Below are positions 9,035-17,726 of a DNA stretch of 64,000 nt, piece by piece. Both the position numbers and the translations under genes were made by a program. The DNA lies in IMG/VR virus record IMGVR_UViG_3300038443_000757, positions 20,614 through 84,613 of that record. One strand, given 5' to 3'. The stretch is from a virus (taxonomy: Duplodnaviria; Heunggongvirae; Uroviricota; Caudoviricetes). The notes beneath the pieces were generated by a model that had not been told where the DNA came from, made no database searches, and saw only the letters and a program-made list of their open reading frames with translations. Position 1 is the stretch's first letter. Each line of letters opens with the position of its first letter.

Positions 9035-9853
9035 ATGAAACAAAATGATATCATGAACAAACTTGAAAAACAGAAATCTATCCTAGAGTCAATGGGCTAT
9101 AAAGTAGCATTTATAGCCCTCTATGGCTCGCAAAATTACGGCCTTGACATCTACACTGACGAATACAAGTCTGACGTAGATATGAAAGCCGTTGTAGTTC
9201 CTGATCTTGATGATCTTATCTATAACAGCAAACCTGTATCAGAAGTAATTGACACAGAGTGGGGACAGTGTGATATCAAGGATATTCGCACTTACTTTGA
9301 AATTCTGCTCAAAGCTAATCCTGCATATATTGAAACGTTGTTCACAGAATACTTCATTGTTGATGAAGATTTTGTTGATGAGTTCTCTGAAATTCTTTCG
9401 CTAAGAGAAGAAATTGTATATTCCTTGAGAGCGCAATTTGTTAGAGCAATGTACGGAATGATGTGCGAGAAAGAAAAGGCATTGTGCCATCCTTACCCTT
9501 CTATTGCAGATAAGATAGAGAAATATGGGTATGACGGCAAACAGGCTCACCATGTTCTTCGCCTTTATTTGATGATGCTTGACTACTTTTATGAGTTCAA
9601 GACTATGGAAAGATCAATGAAACCAGATAAAGAGCATTATGATTCTCTAATGGATTTGAAAACGAACAAAGAAGATTTAGATACTGTTAAAGGCTATGTT
9701 TCTTACGTCATGAATCTTGCAAAAGATGTAAAAGAAAATATTCTATCTGAAATTAATGAATCTACAATTGACTTCTCTGTCAAACATAGATTTACAATAC
9801 TTTCGCATCGCATTATTAGGAATAAGATTATTTCTGAGATTTCTAAATCGTAA
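9035..9853 (+). CDS. Pol-beta-superfamily nucleotidyltransferase (RNA-repair-associated type)
   Basis: ALYGSQNYGLDIYTDEYKSDVDM gives GS...DxD. Sits between the ligase and the kinase. Confidence 0.6.
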   Translation: MKQNDIMNKLEKQKSILESMGYKVAFIALYGSQNYGLDIYTDEYKSDVDMKAVVVPDLDDLIYNSKPVSEVIDTEWGQCDIKDIRTYFEILLKANPAYIETLFTEYFIVDEDFVDEFSEILSLREEIVYSLRAQFVRAMYGMMCEKEKALCHPYPSIADKIEKYGYDGKQAHHVLRLYLMMLDYFYEFKTMERSMKPDKEHYDSLMDLKTNKEDLDTVKGYVSYVMNLAKDVKENILSEINESTIDFSVKHRFTILSHRIIRNKIISEISKS

Positions 9854-9860
9854 TGTACAG

Positions 9861-9892
9861 CGAGAGTTGTGTGGATACATGACTCTCGCTAA
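9861..9892 (+). other. stem-loop (GCGAGAGT/ACTCTCGC) without T-run
   Basis: 8-bp inverted repeat straight after the nucleotidyltransferase gene stop. Confidence 0.35.
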
Positions 9893-9907
9893 AACTGGAG
9901 GATAAAA

Positions 9908-10123
9908 ATGAACAGAACACTTAAACAATTTTTAATTGGCTTTTCAATTATACTTATTGCATCTATTATTGCCGTTATTATATCTGAATATCCTAATATT
10001 TTTAGATGGATTCTTATGGCAATTTGTGTGGTTTTAGGCTCTTTTTTTACTGGAGCACTGGCTTTAGAATTGTATGACACATATAAATGGCATAAAGAAT
10101 GGAAGGGGAAGGAACGAAAATGA
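9908..10123 (+). CDS. small membrane protein
   Basis: GGAGG RBS; two TM helices. Confidence 0.5.
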   Translation: MNRTLKQFLIGFSIILIASIIAVIISEYPNIFRWILMAICVVLGSFFTGALALELYDTYKWHKEWKGKERK

Positions 10124-11106
10124 GTAAATTAATCGTTTCTGTTGGCTTGTGTGGTTCTGGAAAATCGACTTATGCAAGCAAACTAGAGAACACTGTAATT
10201 CTATCGTCTGATGAACTTCGTCTTGAGCTTTACGGAGACGTGAACGATCAAACGCATAATGACGAAGTATTCAAAGAGTTGCATAAACGAGCTAAAGATG
10301 CTCTTAAAGAAGGTAAAGATGTATTCTATGATGCAACAAATGTATCTGCAAAGCGTAGAAAGGCATTGGTAGATGAATTCAGATCGCATGTTGATAAACT
10401 AGTTGCAGTTTACTTTGATCTTCCATACGAAATCTGCTTGGAACGTAATGCGAAACGTGATAGAGTTGTACCAGAACGTGTCATTGAGCGTATGTATAAG
10501 ACTCTTCAAATTCCTACGTATTTAGAAGGATGGGATGATATTCAAGCAGTTTCTTACTATCAAGATGTGTTGCGTAAGCTTTATAGTAAAGAGGATTTGG
10601 AAGAAATTATTCTAAATTATGAAATGACACATGAAGAACTGTTTGGACTTCATTTGTTTCAAAGTGAAACATTTAGAAAGATTTATAACCTAGCACAAGA
10701 CAATAGTTTTCATTCGTTCAGTGTAAGTAGACACAGTTACTATGTTTGGAAAGATATTGTAGATAACTATATGACTTATGACGGATATGATAGACTTGTG
10801 CTGGTTTGGGCGGCATTGTTCCATGATACAGGTAAATATTTCTGTAAAGAATTTACAGATGGCAAACGATATGCAAGTTTCATTGGACATGAGAATGTTT
10901 CTTCGCAGTTAGCATTCAATACCCTTATGAGTCTCGGTTACTCTATTGACTTTGTTCTTGATGTTGTTGACATTGTACAGAATCATATGAAACTCTTATC
11001 AATTGGCGATTCTAGTAAAGGTAAGAAAAAATTGCTTGACTTTGTAGGAGAGCCAGTATATAATATGCTTGTACGATTCAAAGAAGCCGATACAAATGCT
11101 AAATAA
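10120..11106 (+). CDS. polynucleotide kinase-like P-loop kinase fused to HD-domain phosphohydrolase
   Basis: Walker A GLCGSGKST, DATN Walker B of the PNK/Zeta type. C-terminal H...HD...H...D (SRHSY, LFHDTGK, GHEN, EADT). Confidence 0.65.
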   Translation: MSKLIVSVGLCGSGKSTYASKLENTVILSSDELRLELYGDVNDQTHNDEVFKELHKRAKDALKEGKDVFYDATNVSAKRRKALVDEFRSHVDKLVAVYFDLPYEICLERNAKRDRVVPERVIERMYKTLQIPTYLEGWDDIQAVSYYQDVLRKLYSKEDLEEIILNYEMTHEELFGLHLFQSETFRKIYNLAQDNSFHSFSVSRHSYYVWKDIVDNYMTYDGYDRLVLVWAALFHDTGKYFCKEFTDGKRYASFIGHENVSSQLAFNTLMSLGYSIDFVLDVVDIVQNHMKLLSIGDSSKGKKKLLDFVGEPVYNMLVRFKEADTNAK

Positions 11107-11127
11107 AATGAATTGGGAGATGATTGT

Positions 11128-11991
11128 GTGAGTAATCGTGGTGCCAATAGTAAATTTAAAGTTGGAGACAAAGTAAGAATTCTTGATAAGGCTGGAAATG
11201 TTGATGACGTATTCTTTATGCGGAATGAAGAGGGATTTGAAGTTGGAACAGTTCATGAAATTTCTGGAGTTACAAATTCTATTTACTGGGCAAAAGGATA
11301 TTTCTTAAAAGATCATGATCATTCTGTAATCTGGACTGATGGCATGCTGGAACTTGTTGAACTAGAAGAAGGTTTTGATGACGATGACGAAGATAACACA
11401 GATGAAAAGGAGATTGTTAAAATGCACAAATACAAATTTGGAGACAAAGTTAAGGTCCGTAGTGATTTGAAAGTTGGAAACTATGATTCTCATGATGAAG
11501 CAGGATTGTATTGTAATCTAGATATGCTTGATTTCTCTGGAAAAACTCTTACAATTCTAAGCGCTTCCGACGATTTTGGTGATTATGTAGTAGAAGAAAA
11601 TGGTTGGTTATGGTGTGATGCAATGTTTGAAGGACTTGCTACTGAAGAAGATAATTTAGAAGAAGATGAGTTTGATGATCTGGACGATTTTCTATGGCTA
11701 GATGTAGATTACAACAAGGAAGCAAGCAAACCTGTGTCTACAAAACAAAAAGGTGAAGCAGTTGATATGACAGGTTATACGTATCAAATGACTTTGAATC
11801 TTCAACGAGTCATTTACAATGATCCAGCTACAATCATCTTTTACAACTTCAGCACTGATCCAGAAGGCACAGTTCGAAAAGCTATTGCAAAATGTTTGCC
11901 AACTGATAGATACAACAAAGATAAAGGCTTGGAAGTTGCTGTACTGAAAGCTTTCCGCAGGGAAATTCAAAACGCTTTGCGTAAACAGTAA
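11128..11991 (+). CDS. acidic protein with two FKVGD modules
   Basis: Two FKVGD-type repeats (KFKVGDKVRI, KYKFGDKVKV) and long D/E tracts. Confidence 0.5.
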   Translation: MSNRGANSKFKVGDKVRILDKAGNVDDVFFMRNEEGFEVGTVHEISGVTNSIYWAKGYFLKDHDHSVIWTDGMLELVELEEGFDDDDEDNTDEKEIVKMHKYKFGDKVKVRSDLKVGNYDSHDEAGLYCNLDMLDFSGKTLTILSASDDFGDYVVEENGWLWCDAMFEGLATEEDNLEEDEFDDLDDFLWLDVDYNKEASKPVSTKQKGEAVDMTGYTYQMTLNLQRVIYNDPATIIFYNFSTDPEGTVRKAIAKCLPTDRYNKDKGLEVAVLKAFRREIQNALRKQ

Positions 11992-12004
11992 GGTGTAAGA
12001 TAAA

Positions 12005-12139
12005 ATGAATCCTCAAGTATTATTTTCGATAGTTGGTGTGTTTTTCGTTGTTGCATGCATGATTGCACTTTTTAGAGATGAAGAATTGAAAGAAGAACAG
12101 GGAGAGGCAATGTCCTCTCCTAATAAAAAAGAACATTAA
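12005..12139 (+). CDS. small membrane protein (44 aa)
   Basis: Not in the ORF track (under 60 aa). AAGGTG RBS, hydrophobic core. Confidence 0.3.
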   Translation: MNPQVLFSIVGVFFVVACMIALFRDEELKEEQGEAMSSPNKKEH

Positions 12140-12172
12140 ACCTTAAACCCAAACTAAAAGGAGCGATTAAAC

Positions 12173-12538
12173 ATGGATTGGAAAGAAATTTTAGGAAAAG
12201 ATTTCGGAGTTAAATTGCAGGATGCAATGGCGAAACTTGCAAATGGTATTGGGGTTGCGGCTGAACATTTGTATATCGTACTAGTAAAACAACAGTTGAT
12301 AGATGGCATTGTAACAGCGATTGGATGCCTAATTGGAATGATCGTGCTTGGAATCTTTGTGTGGAAGGTGTCTAAATATTTGATCAAAAGTAATCAATCA
12401 GAATATATAGCCCTTATGCTCTTTCCTGCCGCTGGTTTTATTCTCTGTATGATCTTCTTCTTTATTGGGATTAAACACATTATCAATCCTGAATATTACG
12501 CTATCCATGAAATTATGGATACCATTAAAGGAGAATAA
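12173..12538 (+). CDS. membrane protein
   Basis: AAAGGAG RBS; 2-3 TM segments. Confidence 0.5.
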   Translation: MDWKEILGKDFGVKLQDAMAKLANGIGVAAEHLYIVLVKQQLIDGIVTAIGCLIGMIVLGIFVWKVSKYLIKSNQSEYIALMLFPAAGFILCMIFFFIGIKHIINPEYYAIHEIMDTIKGE

Positions 12539-12540
12539 AT

Positions 12541-12813
12541 ATGAATAAGGCTGATATCGCATTTTTAACATTTATTGTATTGATGATTATTGGTGGTTGT
12601 GTAATAACAAATACAGATGCTGATGCAGTAAATAAAGAATATTTTTCTACTGTTGAGAACTTTAATTCAGCCGCAGGAGTTATCGTTGACAACTATACAG
12701 GTTGCAAATATATTGTTAATTGGAAAGGTGGAATCACTCCACTTCTTAATGAAGACGGAATTCCACAAGGATGTAAAAACTTAGGAGGTACAAACAATGA
12801 CACTAATGAATAA
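12541..12813 (+). CDS. putative lipoprotein/secreted small protein
   Basis: Signal-like N-terminus with an IIGGC lipobox-like motif. Confidence 0.45.
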   Translation: MNKADIAFLTFIVLMIIGGCVITNTDADAVNKEYFSTVENFNSAAGVIVDNYTGCKYIVNWKGGITPLLNEDGIPQGCKNLGGTNNDTNE

Positions 12814-13243
12814 ACTTAACGATGATTTGAAACAGGCAATGAAAGATAAGGATAAAAATAGAAAGAATGTTATCACTATGATTAAAGCGGCTGTTAAGAA
12901 TAAGTCTATTGATCTGAAACGTGACCTTACAGACGAAGAGATTATTGAAATTGTAGCAAAACAATCTAAACAAACTAGGGAAGTTTTTCTTGAATTTATA
13001 AGTGCCAAGCGTTTTGATCTAGCCACACAAGCAGAAGACGAGATTAAAATTCTTGATAATTATCTTCCTAAGCAACTGACAGAAGAAGAACTTAATGTCA
13101 TTGTTTCTGAGATTGTTAAGAACATGACTGACGGTGCTAGAAACATTGGGAATGTCATGAAGGAACTTGCACCAAAAGTTAAAGGCAAAGCTGATGGCAA
13201 ATTGGTAAATCAAATTGTGAAGAAAGAACTGGAAGGCAGGTAG
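12797..13243 (+). CDS. GatB/YqeY-domain protein
   Basis: Full-length match to YqeY family features: KDALKAKDK, IEIVAKQ-KQ-E, KLLPKQLTEEEL, LGNVMKELAPKVKGKADGKLVNQIVKKEL. Confidence 0.75.
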   Translation: MTLMNKLNDDLKQAMKDKDKNRKNVITMIKAAVKNKSIDLKRDLTDEEIIEIVAKQSKQTREVFLEFISAKRFDLATQAEDEIKILDNYLPKQLTEEELNVIVSEIVKNMTDGARNIGNVMKELAPKVKGKADGKLVNQIVKKELEGR

Positions 13244-13248
13244 TGTCC

Positions 13249-13590
13249 ATGACAACTGCAACATTCACAATCACAGAAGAACATCTTAAATTGTTGAAGC
13301 ATATGTATGTCCGTTGGGATGATTGTGAGTTTGGTGCTCCAGCTATTGACTCCAAACGTCCTTATGGAAATGGTGATGTTATTGGAGACATGCATGAAAT
13401 TTTAACTGGACAATTCCTCGATGAAGAAGATGAAGATTACTATGACTACATTGGAGAACTGGAGAATAAATATACTAAGCTTCATGAACAAATGGAAACA
13501 GTTCTTCAAATTTGTTTAGCTACTCTCTCATTTGAAACGGGATTCTATATTAGAGAAGGATATGGCCTTAACTGGAGGAAAGTAGCATGA
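13249..13590 (+). CDS. hypothetical protein
   Basis: ATG after GGAAGGCAGG. Confidence 0.5.
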   Translation: MTTATFTITEEHLKLLKHMYVRWDDCEFGAPAIDSKRPYGNGDVIGDMHEILTGQFLDEEDEDYYDYIGELENKYTKLHEQMETVLQICLATLSFETGFYIREGYGLNWRKVA

Positions 13591-13757
13591 CATGGATGAC
13601 TCTTTTAGGAAGTGTGATTGTAGTAGGATGGTTCTTGTTGTTGTGGCTTACTCTTGACATCTTTATGGGATGGAAAAGAAAAGATAAATCGTATAAAGGA
13701 AAATTCATTTTTAACTGTGTTTGTATTCTATTATTGAGATGGGCGGGGTGGATTTAA
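13587..13757 (+). CDS. small membrane protein (56 aa)
   Basis: ATGA overlap, GGAGGAA RBS, Trp-rich TM segment. Confidence 0.35.
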   Translation: MTWMTLLGSVIVVGWFLLLWLTLDIFMGWKRKDKSYKGKFIFNCVCILLLRWAGWI

Positions 13758-13758
13758 A

Positions 13759-14091
13759 ATGTTGTTGCCAATGGTTGATGGTGGAATTTTGAGTGTGGAT
13801 TATGATAGTGAGTCTTATGGTGGATGCGATACTTGTGATTATGGCAGTTCTTACATTCGCAAATTTGATATTGGTTTAACTACGATAAACATTCATATAG
13901 AAACTGAAGAAATGTATGATTATGCCATTTCAGAATATGCCATTTCAGAAGATTTCATGATGAGAATGTTCCTTCATAATGTTGATAAAATCAGACAAAT
14001 GACGGAATTAGAGTTTTACGAATGGTTGGTAGCAATTGTAAGAGATGAAGTTGGAAGTTCTTTAGATTCATTCTATTATAACGAAGTGTAA
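13759..14091 (+). CDS. hypothetical protein
   Basis: GGGGTGGA RBS. Confidence 0.5.
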   Translation: MLLPMVDGGILSVDYDSESYGGCDTCDYGSSYIRKFDIGLTTINIHIETEEMYDYAISEYAISEDFMMRMFLHNVDKIRQMTELEFYEWLVAIVRDEVGSSLDSFYYNEV

Positions 14092-14108
14092 ATGTAATTT
14101 TTAAGTGC

Positions 14109-14137
14109 TTGACAGATGTAAGAATAAATGGTATACT
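14109..14137 (+). promoter_or_regulatory. class-A phage promoter (TTGACA-ga-TGTAAGAATAAATG-g-TATACT)
   Basis: Member of the repeated spacer-box family. Confidence 0.6.
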
Positions 14138-14168
14138 AGTAAAACATCGGTTAAGGAGGAAGAGGTAA

Positions 14169-14372
14169 ATGAAAAAAGGTAAGACAGTTAAAGGGTTTTA
14201 TATTCATGACAATGAAGGCGATGATCTTTGGGTAGAACAAAATACTGAAGTAATTTGCTTTGCATATGTAAAAAACGAAGAAGGTTACGTGACCTACTTT
14301 CCAAACTATGGAACATCTACTGTTATTGAAATGACTTTTATTAAATTTGAAGATGATCTACCAGTCTTGTAA
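14169..14372 (+). CDS. hypothetical protein
   Basis: AAGGAGGAAGAGG RBS. Confidence 0.5.
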   Translation: MKKGKTVKGFYIHDNEGDDLWVEQNTEVICFAYVKNEEGYVTYFPNYGTSTVIEMTFIKFEDDLPVL

Positions 14373-14379
14373 GAAGTTA

Positions 14380-14408
14380 TTGACATGATTGACAAGTTAT
14401 GCTATACT
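14380..14408 (+). promoter_or_regulatory. sigma-A promoter (TTGACA-17-TATACT)
   Basis: Upstream of the long SSB leader. Confidence 0.55.
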
Positions 14409-14492
14409 ATTTAAGTCTTAGAGAACAGCCAGCTAGAAAAACATAAAAAAGATTTAACTAAAACAAACAAATGTAACATAAACAAAACAACA

Positions 14493-14515
14493 GTTGGTAC
14501 ACATGAAGAATGTTT
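14493..14515 (+). promoter_or_regulatory. conserved leader box TTGGYA-ACRCATGAAGAATGYTT (copy 1, SSB leader)
   Basis: Near-identical copy at 15716-15738. Confidence 0.45.
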
Positions 14516-14576
14516 GATCTCTTGAGACTTATTTTTATGAAAATATAAAAATGAGATAACTCAGGAGGAATTAAAA

Positions 14577-15635
14577 ATGGGTAAAGAATTAGTACAAACA
14601 AAAGGTTCGTTCGTAATGAAGGGTATTGTTGATGGTCTTGCTAGGAATGGAGCATATAATGAAGGCAATGTCAATCAGGGTAAAAATGCTGGCAAAGAGT
14701 ATAAAACGATTCGCTTCCAAGTTCAAACGAGTGCAACTAATAAATTGAGTGTAGAACTGTTTGGTATGGAAATGGATCACGTATTCGCTTACAAGCATGG
14801 TAATAAGAAAAAAGGTACTAAAGGCGATACGAAACGCATTGACTTTGAAGATCGTCATGATGATCTACCTACTGGATATCAATTGATTGGTATCAATATG
14901 GGACTTGAACAAAACGAAGCTGGTAAAAATATTCGTACTACTATGGTTGCATATGATGCAGTTGAATATATCTATGACAATCTGAATGACGGAGACAGCG
15001 TTAAAGTTCAAGGCGAACTTCAATTCGGAGAATATGAGGGTAATCCTCAAATTCGTTATGTAATTAACAGCATTTATAAAGAGGCTGATATTGACTTTGA
15101 AGATGAAAAATTCGAAGAAGTAGCTGGATTCTCGCAGGAGATTGTTATTGCTGGAACGAACATCAATAGTGCTGACAAAACTCTTGAAATTACAGCATAC
15201 ACAATCCAATATGGTAATAAATTTACTCCTGCTCAATTTGTAATTCGTCCAGAAGATGACAAAGATTTGGCTAAACTTTTGAAGGCTTTCCAGAAGCTGA
15301 AATTTGGCGACTTCATCCAAGTTGAGGGTCTTTGCATGAACAATGCAGTAGTTACAGAAGTTAAGGAAGCTCCAAAAGAGAATCCATTTGGCGGCAAACG
15401 TCCAAAGGGCGTTCAGCGTGATACCGTTACAAACTATGTAACAGAACTTCAAATTACGTATGCTGATGGTGCAACTTACAAGAAAGGGTTGTACGATGAA
15501 GGAGACTTCGTTGAAGATGAATTGATTGAAGATGAAGATGAGGGCGAAGAGGAAGTTAGCTTTGGAGGCAAGAAAAAAGGTGGACTTGGCTCTGATGATG
15601 AGGAAGACATCTCGGAAGATGAATTGCCATTTTAA
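14577..15635 (+). CDS. ssb: single-stranded DNA-binding protein (two OB-like halves, acidic tail)
   Basis: C-terminal DDEEDISEDELPF acidic tip. Gly/Lys-rich linker; OB-like repeats. Confidence 0.6.
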   Translation: MGKELVQTKGSFVMKGIVDGLARNGAYNEGNVNQGKNAGKEYKTIRFQVQTSATNKLSVELFGMEMDHVFAYKHGNKKKGTKGDTKRIDFEDRHDDLPTGYQLIGINMGLEQNEAGKNIRTTMVAYDAVEYIYDNLNDGDSVKVQGELQFGEYEGNPQIRYVINSIYKEADIDFEDEKFEEVAGFSQEIVIAGTNINSADKTLEITAYTIQYGNKFTPAQFVIRPEDDKDLAKLLKAFQKLKFGDFIQVEGLCMNNAVVTEVKEAPKENPFGGKRPKGVQRDTVTNYVTELQITYADGATYKKGLYDEGDFVEDELIEDEDEGEEEVSFGGKKKGGLGSDDEEDISEDELPF

Positions 15636-15715
15636 TTTAGCACTAAATAACAGAGTAAATTAAACACACAGGAATGTCAGGTTAACAAAACAAAATAAAC
15701 TTTTAATATATTTAC

Positions 15716-15738
15716 TTGGCAACGCATGAAGAATGCTT
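15716..15738 (+). promoter_or_regulatory. conserved leader box (copy 2)
   Basis: ttggcaacgcatgaagaatgctt matches copy 1. Confidence 0.45.
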
Positions 15739-15770
15739 CCTGTGAATCTAAAAAATTCACAGGAGGAAAT
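15738..15770 (+). promoter_or_regulatory. RBS-sequestering hairpin CCTGTGAAT-ctaaaaa-ATTCACAGG(AGG)
   Basis: Perfect 9-bp inverted repeat whose 3' arm overlaps the SD of the 15774 gene. Confidence 0.45.
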
Positions 15771-15773
15771 AAT

Positions 15774-16859
15774 ATGTCTAAATTAAAAAATCTTAAAGTA
15801 AATGTACCAAAGGTTGCGATTGAAGATTATTTTTGGGTAGTTGCGGGGGTCGCTAAGGCTGGTAAGTCGTCACTGTTCGCAAAAGTTGCTGAAGAATACT
15901 TTGGAAATACTGACAGCGGATTGATTATTGGTTTTGAAAAAGGATATTCGGCCCTGAAGGTCAAAGCTGTTGATGTTGATGACTGGAATGACTGGGAGGA
16001 TATTGTTGACGATCTTGTAGAAAACAAAGAAGAATATGGACTCAAGCTCCTTGCTTTAGACACAGTTGATATTATGATGGATATGGCAATTGATCTTGTA
16101 ATTCAAGAGTGGAATGCTAAAAATCCATCTAAACGTACTAATGAAATTGGTGGAGTTGGAGCAAAGGGAAATAGTAATCAAGGCTTCGGAGTTGGGACGA
16201 ATCTGGCAAAGAAAAAAGTAAGAGATTCTATTGCCAAACTGCAAAAAGCTGGTTATGGAATTTTTGCAATTACTCATAGCAAAGATAAAAAAGTAGAAGA
16301 GAAAAATGGTGCAACATATGACCAATTGACTCTATCGCTTTCTGCAAGTGCTAATGAAGTGTTTGTTAATATGGCAGACTTTATTGTATTCCTTACTGTT
16401 GAAGCGGAGAAGAGTGGCAAAAACTTAGTATCTAAAAGGTACATCAACTTCCGTAGCGATGACTACGTTTCCATTGCTGGCTCTCGCTTTCAAAATGTTC
16501 CTAATCGTATCGAATATGATGTGCAAGAATTTCTTGAAGTCTTCCGAAATGCTGTTCAGTCTGAATTTGATTCTGGTGTAAACCTTGAACAAATCAAGCG
16601 TGAACAAGCTGAGAAGCGTGAAGCGGCGGCACAAGAGTATATTGATTCTTATAAATCCGAAAGCGGAAGTGATTCTGCAACCGCTGAAGAGCTAATTGAA
16701 TCTCTCAATACTGCTGTTAAAGCTCTTGATTCCAAGCAAAAAGTAAAAGTCACATCTGGTTTTAAAACAATTCTTGGAGGTACGGCTAATTATTCTAAGA
16801 TTGATGATGTTGAACTTCTTCAGAAATGCCTTGACTTAGTAGGGGAAATTGTGGGATAA
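15774..16859 (+). CDS. RecA-like/AAA_24-type ATPase (Sak4-like recombination/repair ATPase)
   Basis: Walker A VVAGVAKAGKSSLF, Walker B LLALDTVD. ATG after AGGAGG. Confidence 0.5.
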   Translation: MSKLKNLKVNVPKVAIEDYFWVVAGVAKAGKSSLFAKVAEEYFGNTDSGLIIGFEKGYSALKVKAVDVDDWNDWEDIVDDLVENKEEYGLKLLALDTVDIMMDMAIDLVIQEWNAKNPSKRTNEIGGVGAKGNSNQGFGVGTNLAKKKVRDSIAKLQKAGYGIFAITHSKDKKVEEKNGATYDQLTLSLSASANEVFVNMADFIVFLTVEAEKSGKNLVSKRYINFRSDDYVSIAGSRFQNVPNRIEYDVQEFLEVFRNAVQSEFDSGVNLEQIKREQAEKREAAAQEYIDSYKSESGSDSATAEELIESLNTAVKALDSKQKVKVTSGFKTILGGTANYSKIDDVELLQKCLDLVGEIVG

Positions 16860-16912
16860 TCTACCTCTAACATCATGTTTTAACAAAAACTTAATAGATT
16901 TGAGGGTAGCAT

Positions 16913-17671
16913 ATGAATAGAAAGAACGTAGTTATTGCGCTAGTTGTTTCATTGGCTGTGACGAGCGGTACGCTTTTTACAACCAATCCTACAAATGTAG
17001 GCAGTAATGAAGTTTCTGAAGTTCCTAGCATTGTTGCTGATGTACCAACAATGCTAGAACTACCTCTCTTTAAGTACAGTCATGTGAATGAGATGGCGTT
17101 AAACGTACAAAAGGGAAAAGCAGAAGCTACAAAAAAGGAAACAGAAGTGAAGAAAGCTCAGCCGAATATTAAGACTGTCGAAACTGTTAAAAGAGTGGCA
17201 ACAGTAAAAAAGGTTGAATCTTTCAGAAAGTATGAAATTCCTTTACCAAGCTCTATGCAATCCTTTATTTGGGATTTGTGTAAAAAGGAAAATGTTGATT
17301 ATGAATTGGTATTGGCAATTATATCATCTGAAAGCTCGTTTAATGCAAAAACAGTTTCATATGACAATTCAAGCCGTGGATTAATGCAAGTCAATACACG
17401 CACAACCTTCTATCCTATGGCTAAGAAATTAGGCATAAGAAATCCTGATGTATTTAATGCTGAAGACAATATTCGTGTTGGTATTCATTACATAGCGACA
17501 CTTATTGACGCTTGGGACAGTAAATATTCAGGTATTGAGTTAGAGAAGCGTGTTATTTTAAGTTATCGCTTTGGTGTTGCTGGTGCAAAGAGGCATAGTG
17601 TTAATCATGCATATGTCAAGAAGGTTAGAGGAATTCAGAATAGCCTTCGGACGAAAGGTAAATTAAGTTAA
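16913..17671 (+). CDS. lytic transglycosylase (SLT domain) with N-terminal TM anchor
   Basis: ESSFNAKTVSYDNSSRGLMQVN SLT signature; N-terminal hydrophobic segment. Confidence 0.7.
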   Translation: MNRKNVVIALVVSLAVTSGTLFTTNPTNVGSNEVSEVPSIVADVPTMLELPLFKYSHVNEMALNVQKGKAEATKKETEVKKAQPNIKTVETVKRVATVKKVESFRKYEIPLPSSMQSFIWDLCKKENVDYELVLAIISSESSFNAKTVSYDNSSRGLMQVNTRTTFYPMAKKLGIRNPDVFNAEDNIRVGIHYIATLIDAWDSKYSGIELEKRVILSYRFGVAGAKRHSVNHAYVKKVRGIQNSLRTKGKLS

Positions 17672-17726
17672 TTTTTTTAGGCGTAGACTTTATTGGTTGC
17701 GCCTAATTCTTTAGGTAGGTGACTGT

